From Alphaproteobacteria bacterium (GTDB taxonomy: Bacteria; Pseudomonadota; Alphaproteobacteria; UBA9219; RFNS01): a stretch of 64,000 nt of DNA. The notes beneath the pieces are model-generated. The model had not been told where the DNA came from. It ran no database searches and worked only from the letters and a program-made list of their open reading frames with translations. Made by a program: the position numbers and the translations under genes. The stretch is from positions 18,004-82,003 of the forward strand of contig WGMR01000008.1 in assembly GCA_016124955.1 (NCBI GenBank), in the 5' to 3' direction. Positions 41,554 to 49,917 of this stretch are shown one piece after another; position 1 is the stretch's first letter, and each line of letters opens with the position of its first letter.

Positions 41554-43518
41554 ATGCGCAGCGCAGCCTATCGCCACCCCACATCTTTCGCCAAGCCGTT
41601 CCTTGGCGAAACCGCATCGAAGCTGGAAGAAGCGATCGATGCAGGCACGGGCGCGCTCATGGCCGTGCAGCATGCCGATGGTCATTTTGCCTTCGAACTT
41701 GAAGCCGATGCCACCATCCCGGCCGAATATATCCTGCTTGAACACTTCCTGAACCGCATCAACAGCCCGCTTGAAGAAAAGATGGCGGTCTATCTGCGCG
41801 GCATACAGGGCAAGCATGGCGGCTGGCCGCTGTTCCATGGCGGCGATTTCAACATCAGCGCCAGCGTGAAGGCCTATTACGCGCTGAAATGCGTGGGCGA
41901 CGATATCGATGCACCGCATATGCGCGCGGCGCGTGAAGCGATCCTGCAACATGGCGGCGCCGAAACCAGCAATGTGTTCACCCGCATTCAGCTCGCGCTG
42001 TTCGGCGCGGTGCCGTGGAAGGCCGTGCCGGTGATGCCGGTTGAAATTATGTTCCTGCCGCGCTGGTTCCCGTTCCACCTCAGCAAGGTTTCCTACTGGT
42101 CGCGCACCGTGATCGTGCCGTTGCTGGTGCTGATGGCGCGCAAGCCGCAAGCGATCAACCCCCGTGGCGTGCGCGTGGACGAACTGTTCATCACCCCGCC
42201 GGACCAGGTGCGCAACTGGCACAGCAACAACAACAAATCGGCGCTGGTGCCCGTGTTCCGTGCGATTGATGCGGTGCTGCGCTTCGCCGAACCGCTGATG
42301 CCGCGCCGTCTGCGCCAGAAGGCGATCGATAGCTGCGTCGCTTGGGTGCGCGAACGGTTGAACGGCGATGACGGCCTCGGCGCGATTTACCCCGCCATGG
42401 CCAATGCGGTGATGATGTTCCGCCTGCTTGGTTATGCCGATGACCATGAAGATGCGGCCATCGCCTGGAAAGCCGTGCAAAAGCTGATTGTGGAAGAAGA
42501 GGGCAGCGCCTATTGCCAGCCTTGCCTTTCGCCGGTGTGGGATACGGCGCTGGCTGTCCATGCGCTGCTTGAAACCGGCGGCGATGCCACGGGCGCCGCC
42601 GCGCGCGCGTGCGAATGGATGAAAGGCAAGCAGGTGACGGAATTGAAGGGCGATTGGGCCGTCATGCGCCCCGATGCCACGCCGGGCGGCTGGGCCTTCC
42701 AGTATGAAAACCCGCATTATCCCGATCTCGATGATACCGCGGTGGTCGCCATGGCGCTTGATCGCTTCGATTGGCGCACCTACCGCCCGCAGCTGACCCT
42801 GGCCGAAGAATGGGTCATGGGCATGCAATCGAAGAACGGTGGCTGGGGCGCATTCGATGCCGACAACACCTGTTATTATTTGAACCATATTCCGTTCGCC
42901 GATCACGGCGCGCTGCTCGATCCGCCCACCGCCGACGTGACCGCGCGTTGCGTGAGCATGATGGCGCAGCTCGGTTACCCCAAGGAACATCCGCAGATGG
43001 TTCGCGCGCTTGATTATCTGCGCCGCGAACAGGAACCGGAAGGCTGCTGGTTCGGCCGCTGGGGCACCAACTATATCTATGGCACATGGTCGGTGCTGTG
43101 CGCGCTGAACGCCGCCGGCGTCGCGCCAAGCGACCCGATGGTGCGCAAGGCCGTGCGCTGGCTTATCGCCAAGCAGCGGCCCGATGGCGGCTGGGGCGAA
43201 GACGGCGCCAGCTATATGCCCGGCCAGCCCAAGGGCGAAGGCAAGGCCAGCACGCCTTCGCAAACCGCATGGGCGCTGCTCGGTCTCATGGCGGCGGGCG
43301 AACGTGAAACCCCTGCGCTCGCGCGCGGCGTCGATCACCTGCTCGCTACCCAGAACGCCAAGGGCCAGTGGGATGAAAAATATTACAACGCGGTCGGGTT
43401 TCCGCGCGTCTTTTACCTAAGCTACCACGGCTACAAGGCTTTCTTCCCGCTGTGGGCGCTGGCGCGTTACCGCAACCTGCAGCAAACCAATATGCCTAAA
43501 ATCATGCACGGCATGTGA
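41554..43518 (+). CDS. shc: Squalene-hopene cyclase (HpnF)
   Basis: SPVWDT, YPDLDDTA (DxDD), QW repeats, WFGRWG-x-NY-x-YGT, GFP. Confidence 0.98.
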   Translation: MRSAAYRHPTSFAKPFLGETASKLEEAIDAGTGALMAVQHADGHFAFELEADATIPAEYILLEHFLNRINSPLEEKMAVYLRGIQGKHGGWPLFHGGDFNISASVKAYYALKCVGDDIDAPHMRAAREAILQHGGAETSNVFTRIQLALFGAVPWKAVPVMPVEIMFLPRWFPFHLSKVSYWSRTVIVPLLVLMARKPQAINPRGVRVDELFITPPDQVRNWHSNNNKSALVPVFRAIDAVLRFAEPLMPRRLRQKAIDSCVAWVRERLNGDDGLGAIYPAMANAVMMFRLLGYADDHEDAAIAWKAVQKLIVEEEGSAYCQPCLSPVWDTALAVHALLETGGDATGAAARACEWMKGKQVTELKGDWAVMRPDATPGGWAFQYENPHYPDLDDTAVVAMALDRFDWRTYRPQLTLAEEWVMGMQSKNGGWGAFDADNTCYYLNHIPFADHGALLDPPTADVTARCVSMMAQLGYPKEHPQMVRALDYLRREQEPEGCWFGRWGTNYIYGTWSVLCALNAAGVAPSDPMVRKAVRWLIAKQRPDGGWGEDGASYMPGQPKGEGKASTPSQTAWALLGLMAAGERETPALARGVDHLLATQNAKGQWDEKYYNAVGFPRVFYLSYHGYKAFFPLWALARYRNLQQTNMPKIMHGM

Positions 43519-44207
43519 TCGCCATGGCCGGGCTTGCCGACAAAGGCGCGCAAAAACCGGCCACGGTTACGGTCGGCATTGTCACCGGCCTCGCGAAGGA
43601 ATCCGTGATCGCGCGCAAGCTGGCGGGCGGCAAGGTCGCCTGCGCCGCTGCCGTGCCGCAAAACGCGCGCTGGCTTTCGCGCAAGCTGATCGCGGACGAA
43701 GGCGCGACCCGCCTTCTAAGCTTCGGCATCTGCGGCGCGCTTGAACCCGGCTTGCCGCCGGGCTCGCTGATCATCGGCAGCCAGGTGGTGGCGCGCACCG
43801 GCAAATGGGACGCCGATGCCACATGGCTGCGCGAACTGATGGAAAAGCTGCCCGCCGCGCATATCGGCCCCGTCTGGGGCGCGGAGCGCATTGCGGGCAC
43901 GCTGGCGGCCAAGCGCCACCTTTATCAAAGCACCCAATGCCTCGCGGTCGATACCGAAAGCCATTGCGTGGCGCAGGCGGCGCAGGAAGCGCGCGTACCG
44001 TTCGCGGTCGTGCGTGCGGTGTGCGATACGGCGGAACAGCCGCTGCCTTCGGCCGCGCTGGTGCCGCTGCGCGCCGATGGCGCGCCGGATCTGCCGGGAA
44101 TTTTCCGTGATTTGCTGCGCCGCCCGGGGCAGCTGCGTGCGCTGATCGCGCTCGCGCGCGCCAGCAACCGGGCGTTCAAGGCGCTCGGGACTTTAACGTC
44201 GATTTAG
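43515..44207 (+). CDS. hpnG: Hopanoid-associated nucleoside phosphorylase
   Basis: VTGL-x-x-E, LLSFG-x-x-GAL-x-P, AVDTESH, VRAVCD; overlaps shc stop. Confidence 0.85.
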   Translation: MIAMAGLADKGAQKPATVTVGIVTGLAKESVIARKLAGGKVACAAAVPQNARWLSRKLIADEGATRLLSFGICGALEPGLPPGSLIIGSQVVARTGKWDADATWLRELMEKLPAAHIGPVWGAERIAGTLAAKRHLYQSTQCLAVDTESHCVAQAAQEARVPFAVVRAVCDTAEQPLPSAALVPLRADGAPDLPGIFRDLLRRPGQLRALIALARASNRAFKALGTLTSI

Positions 44208-44653
44208 CTGCCGGGGCCGCCGCTAAGGCTGGTGCCGGGTTCGCGATGCGGGCCCATATAGGGCGCGTCGGATCTCATAAAGCTCAGGCCACGTTCACCG
44301 CCAATCCCCAGCGTGCTGACCACCTTGCCGGAGACGGGGTCGAACATCGGCGCGCCGGGAATGCGGAGCAAATCGGCCTGCGGCGTTTCGGCGGTGACGC
44401 TTATGGTGGTAGCGGTCGCTTCTTGTCTCGGCGGCAGCGGCGCGGCGCGCACGGTATCGGGTGGCAGGGTCAGTTCGCTCCCCGCCCTGCGGACCGGGGC
44501 AGTGGTATCATGGCGCGCAGGCCTCATATCGCCCAAGAAGGCGAAGGTAAAAGCAAAGGCGGCCAGCCATGCGCCCGACGAACGCCAGAAAGGCTTGTTG
44601 CTGGCTCCGGTGACAATCACAGGCTCCATAACGGGTTGGTTTGCGGGTCTCAT
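44204..44653 (-). CDS. Hypothetical protein with one predicted TM segment
   Basis: ORF fills gap, 4-bp convergent overlap with hpnG; hydrophobic WLAAFAFTFAFLG then Pro/Thr-rich region; start uncertain. Confidence 0.45.
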   Translation of the reverse strand: MRPANQPVMEPVIVTGASNKPFWRSSGAWLAAFAFTFAFLGDMRPARHDTTAPVRRAGSELTLPPDTVRAAPLPPRQEATATTISVTAETPQADLLRIPGAPMFDPVSGKVVSTLGIGGERGLSFMRSDAPYMGPHREPGTSLSGGPGS

Positions 44654-44836
44654 GGGCAACAAAAATCCTTGTTTTTAATTACGCTGCAAGTCTGGAATGC
44701 GCGCAATATAGCCAATCGTGCCGGTTTTTCGACCATAAAAAGGTCTTTACCATTATTTTTAAGTTTATATAAAACAAACACTTGCCGGAACGGCTGCATG
44801 GGGTGGCTCGTGCGGCCCCGAAAGGACCGCTCCCGT

Positions 44837-45452
44837 ATGACCGCGCTGCTTCTCATCTACGCCAAGGGATTCGTCTTCCTCGCTTCGCTGATCGTCGCGA
44901 TTGGCGCGCAGAACGCCTTTCTTTTGCGGCAAGGCATAAGGGGCGAACATGTCTTCCTTGCCGCCTTCGTCAGCCTGCTCGGCGATATCGTGCTCGTTAC
45001 CATCGGTTGTCTTGGTTTGGGCGAACTGATCTCGCACAACAATTTCCTCATCAGCCTGTTCACATGGGGCGGGGCGGCGTTTCTGGCGTGGTATGCGGTT
45101 CGCTCGTTTCGCAGCGCGCTGCGCCCGCAGGCGCTTGAGGCGGGCGCGGTGAAGGCCTTCAGCCGCCGCGCTGTTATCTTCACCGCGCTGGCCGTCAGCT
45201 GGCTCAACCCGCACTCCCTGCTCGATACCGTTGTGCTGGTGGGTGGCGTTTCGGGGCACTATGCGGGGCTGGAACGTTTCGCTTATGCGGCGGGCGCGCT
45301 TACAGCTTCGGCTACATGGTTTTTTGGCCTTGCCTATGGCGCCCGCGCTGGCGAAGCCGAAAACATGGCGCGCGATTGACAGCATCATCGGCGCGATGAT
45401 GCTCGCGCTTTCCGTTTCACTGATATTGGATGGGCTGGCGCTGGCGGCTTAG
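44837..45452 (+). pseudogene. argO: LysE/ArgO amino-acid exporter, frameshifted near 45336-45347
   Basis: IVAIGAQNAF, WLNPH-x-x-LDT, WFFGLAYGAR in one frame; the expected last helix KPKTWRAIDSIIGAMM is in another frame ending at 45452. Confidence 0.8.
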
Positions 45453-45874
45453 TCGACTTCGTGTGCTGTCAAGAACAAGGATTTCTCAAGCGCGGCAAAA
45501 AACTGCTGATACGGTTCCGGGTCTTCTACGGCGACCACGTTATATTGTGCGTTGGCTCTGACAAGGCATTGTTTCTTGTCTTTGTCTCTGACCGTAACCG
45601 TCATACGCATCTGGTAGCCATCCAGTTTTGTTCCGCTGACAGAACCGAGAACGGCATCAGCCTTGTCGATCACAAAGCCAAGATCCTGGAGCGTCGCAAT
45701 AATGGTGCGTAGCATCTTTTACTGGTCGGTTGTATCAAACGACCTGCTTTGGATGCTGCGAAGCTGGACCTGCGATTCCGATGTGGCAAGTACTTGGTTA
45801 CGACTATCTGTCTGACATGCGCTAAGCGATAGCAAGGCAACAAGGCAGCAGGTCGTGGTGAGCAGCTTGGGCAT
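45449..45874 (-). pseudogene. Lipoprotein (paralog of 45885..46424) interrupted by in-frame TAA at 45719-45721
   Basis: Lipobox LSAC; ...GAC CAG TAA AAG ATG CTA... both halves in the same frame and colinear with the paralog. Confidence 0.8.
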
Positions 45875-45884
45875 AGCGACCTCG

Positions 45885-46424
45885 TTATATTTCATGGGCG
45901 GTGAGAAACACCGATTCAGAGAGTTGGTCAAAAAACTTCTGGTACATTTCAGGATCATTCAAGAATTCGGTTTTGCTTACTTGGTTCTGGGTATTCCAAA
46001 CAATGCGTTGGAAGGTAACGCGTACGGCAGTTTGTTTTGTGCCGGAGGGTTTGGACACAAGGCTAACGCGGATTTTCTGGTTCTTATCAATTGGCACGGC
46101 TACGCCAAACAGCACCGCCATCACCACTGCGCCTACAACCTGACCGGTTTCAGTTGCATCACGGTCTTTTGACCCGACAATCAGCCCTAGCTTGGTTTCG
46201 CTTTCTTCAAGCGTAAAGCCAAGGTCTTGCAGAACCTGAGCGCTTGCGGTTAACAGCTTGGTTTCATGCTTGGTGTCGAACAGGCGAGTTTGTAGTTGCC
46301 TGTCTTCAAGGCTTTCTTCCTTCAGCAGTAAGGCGTCTTTCGGAATAACGGGCTGGCAGGCAGACAGGGATATTGCCGCGATAACGGCTGCTACCATTTT
46401 CGCGCTAAAACGTTTCTTTCTCAT
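45885..46424 (-). CDS. Uncharacterised lipoprotein
   Basis: Basic N-terminus, lipobox LSAC; QTRLFDT...VLQDLGF...YQKFFDQLSESVFLTAHEI. Confidence 0.8.
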   Translation of the reverse strand: MRKKRFSAKMVAAVIAAISLSACQPVIPKDALLLKEESLEDRQLQTRLFDTKHETKLLTASAQVLQDLGFTLEESETKLGLIVGSKDRDATETGQVVGAVVMAVLFGVAVPIDKNQKIRVSLVSKPSGTKQTAVRVTFQRIVWNTQNQVSKTEFLNDPEMYQKFFDQLSESVFLTAHEI

Positions 46425-46430
46425 GTTGTT

Positions 46431-46883
46431 CTAAAAGCTGGAGGAGCGGTAGGCGAAGTCACGTACTTTGCTTTGATTATCAAATTTGATGATGATTGTA
46501 AGTGTGCGCTGACTTGTGGATGTTGCGCCAGCGGTAGAGCCATAGTTGCCACCAAGCCCCCCGCCCAGCAGCGCGCCGCCCGCAAGTCCGCCACCGAGGA
46601 ATAGGGTGTTCACGCCACCCGACGATGCCGAGTAGGCCTTTTCGGTAGAGATTTTGTCATACACCCAGGTTTCGCGCCGTTGATCGTCCGTCGTCACCAT
46701 GTTCGGGGAGCCAAGCACGGTCACGACATCGGAAGAACTCATGCCGACACTGATTTCTCTTTGAACGGTTCCAACCGTCAGCCTGTCTGTATCGTTGTTG
46801 GCAACGGCGGCGCGATGTTCTTGTGCCGTGGTGCAAGCCGAAAGCGCAATGGACAACATAATTGCAAGAAACCGATGCTTCAT
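46431..46883 (-). CDS. SmpA/OmlA (BamE)-like lipoprotein with Gly-rich insert
   Basis: Lipobox LSAC; GMSSSDVVTVLGSP...ETWVY; LTIIIKFD-x3-KV. Confidence 0.75.
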   Translation of the reverse strand: MKHRFLAIMLSIALSACTTAQEHRAAVANNDTDRLTVGTVQREISVGMSSSDVVTVLGSPNMVTTDDQRRETWVYDKISTEKAYSASSGGVNTLFLGGGLAGGALLGGGLGGNYGSTAGATSTSQRTLTIIIKFDNQSKVRDFAYRSSSF

Positions 46884-46988
46884 AGGATTTCCCCCTAGTG
46901 TGAGGGCTTAACCGTAGCTATCAGTATGCAAGTCGTCAATTATAGGAAAACCCTGAAATCACAACACATTAATGTATGCGGTGACTGC

Positions 46989-48185
46989 TTATTCCGCCGC
47001 GTGCGTAAAGGCTTTGGAGGTGCCGGGGGCCGCCGCTTTTTCCTCGCGCTTCATTTTGTCGGCATGGATCGCGCCCATGGCATCGGCCACCTGCTTGTCG
47101 AACATCCATTCGGCCTTGCGCTGTTTGGTCAGGTCGATTTCGGGCGCCATCGGGCCTTCGGTGCGCGGGCCGCGGATGCTGAGCATGAAAGACCGCACCG
47201 GGTGGTTCATCGCCGCTTCGGCCGCAGTGGGTTCGTAGCCCGAATGCACCATGCAGTTGGCGCACTTTTCATAATTACCGGTGCCGTATTTTTCCCATTC
47301 GGTGGTTTCGAGCAATTCCTTATAGGTCTTGGCGAAGCCTTCACCGAGCAGGTAGCAAGGACGTTGCCAGCCGAACACGTTGCGCGTGGGCAGGCCCCAT
47401 GGCGTGCAATGATATTCCTGGTTGCCGGCAAGGAAATCGACATAGTTCGAAGAAACGCTGAAACGCCACTTCTGCTTGCCCTGCTTTTCGCTTTGCTGGC
47501 CGCGGCGCAGCACGTCGCGGAACAGTTCCTTGGTCGCCTTGCGGCTCAGGAAATGCTCCTGATCCGGCGCGCGTTCATACGCATAGCCGGGCGAAACCGT
47601 GATCGCGTTGATGCCCATGTCCATGACGCTGTCGAAGAACGCGGCCACGCGTTCCGGCACCGCATTGTTGAACAGCGTGCAATTGATGTTGACGCGGAAG
47701 CCGCGTGCGATCGCTTTCTTGATCGCGCTTACGGCCTTGTCATAGACGCCGTCCTGGCAGACCGATTTGTCGTGCTCCGTCTTCAGCCCGTCCAGATGCA
47801 CCGACCAGGTGAAATAGGGCGAAGGCTGGTACTGGTCCATCTTCTTTTCCATCAACAGGGCGTTGGTGCAAAGATAGACATACTTCTTGCGCGCGATGAT
47901 GCCGGCCACGATCTGCGGCATTTCCTTGTGCAGCAGCGGCTCGCCGCCGGGGATCGAAACCACGGGCGCGCCGCATTCATCGACCGCCTCAAGGCACTCC
48001 TCGACGCTCAGGCGCTTGTTGAGAATCTCGTCGGGGTAATCGATCTTGCCGCAACCGGCGCAAGCGAGGTTGCAACGGAACAACGGCTCGAGCATCAGCA
48101 CGAGCGGGTAGTATTTATTTCCCGCAATCTTCTGCTTGATGATGTAGGAGCCGACATCGAAAACTTGTCGCAACGGAACCGACAC
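46989..48185 (-). CDS. hpnH: Adenosylhopane synthase, radical SAM
   Basis: YPLVLMLEPLFRCNLACAGCGKI, PGGEPL, CTPWG, GWQRPCYL, CANCMVH. Confidence 0.95.
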   Translation of the reverse strand: MSVPLRQVFDVGSYIIKQKIAGNKYYPLVLMLEPLFRCNLACAGCGKIDYPDEILNKRLSVEECLEAVDECGAPVVSIPGGEPLLHKEMPQIVAGIIARKKYVYLCTNALLMEKKMDQYQPSPYFTWSVHLDGLKTEHDKSVCQDGVYDKAVSAIKKAIARGFRVNINCTLFNNAVPERVAAFFDSVMDMGINAITVSPGYAYERAPDQEHFLSRKATKELFRDVLRRGQQSEKQGKQKWRFSVSSNYVDFLAGNQEYHCTPWGLPTRNVFGWQRPCYLLGEGFAKTYKELLETTEWEKYGTGNYEKCANCMVHSGYEPTAAEAAMNHPVRSFMLSIRGPRTEGPMAPEIDLTKQRKAEWMFDKQVADAMGAIHADKMKREEKAAAPGTSKAFTHAAE

Positions 48186-48387
48186 TTGATCCTATCCTTC
48201 CCGGAGTCGTAATAAGCGAAAAAGCAAGCCGCGTTTCTACCGCATACGGCTTTGTATTGTCTAGGTTTTTTGCAAGCCGGCCGTTCGGCCCGTGCTTCCG
48301 GTGCCGGGCCATAATATAAGGGGCTTCAAGGGCTTACCGGCTCCCTGCAACAGCGGCGGGTTTTTGTGCTGCCGCCTGCGGCAAGGG

Positions 48388-49338
48388 TCAAGCGGCGGTG
48401 GTCGTGCGCGGCTCGGCCTTGGTCAGCTTCATCGGCAGACGGAAATGGACGCTTTCTTCCTTGCCGGGCAGCAGCGAGATTTCCACGGCCTCGATCTGGC
48501 GTAGCCGCTCGATCAATCCCTGTACAAGGTCTTCGGGGGCCGAAGCGCCGGCGGTGATACCCACAACCTTTTTGCCCGCCAGCCATGCCGGGTCCAGCTT
48601 GCTGGCGTCTTCGATCAGATAGGCGTCCACGCCTTCTTCGCGCGCGCATTCTTCAAGCCGGCTGGAATTCGAGCTGTTGCGCGCGCCAATCACCAGCACA
48701 ACATCCACATGCTTGGCCAGTTCGCGCACCGCTTCCTGGCGGTTCTGCGTGGCGTAGCAAATATCCTTGGTGGCCGGGCCGATGATGTTCGGGAAGCGCT
48801 TCTTCAGCGCTTCGATCATTTCCTTGGTGTCATCGAGCGAAAGCGTGGTTTGCGTAATATAAGCGAGCTTGTCCGGGTCGGCGACCTGCAGCGTTCCCAC
48901 ATCTTCCACTTCGGAAACCAGATGCACGCGGCCGGGCACGCGGCCGAGCGTGCCTTCCACTTCCGGGTGGCCGTCATGGCCGATCATGATGATTTCATAG
49001 CCTTGCTTGGCGTAGCGCTGGCCTTCCTTGTGCACCTTTTCCACGAGCGGGCAGGTAGCGTCGATGATATCGAGCCCGCGCTCGATCCCGTGCTTTTCAA
49101 CTTTTTCGGAAACGCCGTGGGCGGAAAAGATAGTGACGGCGCCTTCGGGGATCTGGTCGGTTTCCTCGACGAACACGGCGCCCTTGGCGCGCAGCCGTTC
49201 GACCACATGCGGGTTGTGCACGATTTCGTGCCGCACATAGACCGGGCGGCCGAATTTCTCCAGCGCCATCTCGACGATGGCGATTGCGCGCTCGACACCG
49301 GCGCAGAAACCGCGGGGCTGGGCCAGAACTACCTTCAT
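48388..49338 (-). CDS. ispH: HMBPP reductase
   Basis: PRGFCAGV, FSAHGV, DATCPLV, QTTLS, DICYATQNRQ, SSNS, TAGASAP. Confidence 0.98.
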   Translation of the reverse strand: MKVVLAQPRGFCAGVERAIAIVEMALEKFGRPVYVRHEIVHNPHVVERLRAKGAVFVEETDQIPEGAVTIFSAHGVSEKVEKHGIERGLDIIDATCPLVEKVHKEGQRYAKQGYEIIMIGHDGHPEVEGTLGRVPGRVHLVSEVEDVGTLQVADPDKLAYITQTTLSLDDTKEMIEALKKRFPNIIGPATKDICYATQNRQEAVRELAKHVDVVLVIGARNSSNSSRLEECAREEGVDAYLIEDASKLDPAWLAGKKVVGITAGASAPEDLVQGLIERLRQIEAVEISLLPGKEESVHFRLPMKLTKAEPRTTTAA

Positions 49339-49786
49339 CCATCAATCCCTTTTCTAAAATCTTTGCAGGCCCGGAACTTAAAGGAAGCAGGCTTGTAAGT
49401 AAACGAAAACTGTTGCGCGTGCCCATAGCAAAAACCATAATTTTCCAATGCGTTAGGCTGGTCCGCGCGGCTCATGCATCGGGTTTTCGGGTGATTCGTT
49501 TTCTGTTTTGCGGAGGCAAACGGTCCGCTGCCGGGCACAATGAAACCATGTTTGGATCGTATCGATAACGTCATGGACGGACTCAAAATTGCCCACAAGG
49601 GTATTTTTTAGCTGCTACGATCAATATCTAGGTGCCTGGTCAAAAGACGGCCCGTTTTTAACAAAAAAGCAATAAAATTATCAGGTCCTACAGGTAGTTT
49701 TCTAATAACAAAATCAACAACTAACTGAAATTAACCGGGCCTTTGGATAGGGTGTTAAGGCCTGTGTTTGAAAGGTGACAGCGAGC

Positions 49787-49827
49787 CGAGATGTGGTAGC
49801 ATCCTCGGTCCTAAGATCAATATCTGG
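49787..49827. promoter_or_regulatory. Tandem NrdR-box-like sites upstream of nrdA
   Basis: CGAGATGTGG (49787-49796) and CAATATCTGG (49818-49827) are 31 bp apart; a third, CAATATCTAG, at 49622-49631; all resemble the CwAtATaTwG core. Confidence 0.6.
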
Positions 49828-49855
49828 TACAAATATCCCCATTTCTCAGTTATAG

Positions 49856-49875
49856 TTATCCACAGTTGTTGATAA
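49856..49875. promoter_or_regulatory. Two oppositely oriented DnaA boxes upstream of nrdA
   Basis: TTATCCACA (49856-49864, perfect) and TTATCAACA on the minus strand (49867-49875, one mismatch). Confidence 0.7.
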
Positions 49876-49917
49876 CTTGGATGAAGATCGGTCAGCAACC
49901 GGTGGCAGGAGGTTTTA

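Noticed and set aside
41485..43338. Long antisense ORFs (also 57714..59447, 50065..51327, 61216..62421, 46926..48212, 20657..21769)
   Set aside because: Shadow frames opposite well-conserved genes, expected in GC-rich DNA; no motifs.
45320..45325. T6 homopolymer as the cause of the argO frameshift or a phase-variation tract
   Set aside because: It encodes the expected W-F-F-G in frame and family-like sequence continues to YGAR; the break is downstream.
49335..49598. Small ORFs in the ispH-nrdA spacer (49335..49598, 49755..50006)
   Set aside because: Non-ATG starts, no clear RBS, no recognisable protein features; they overlap regulatory DNA.
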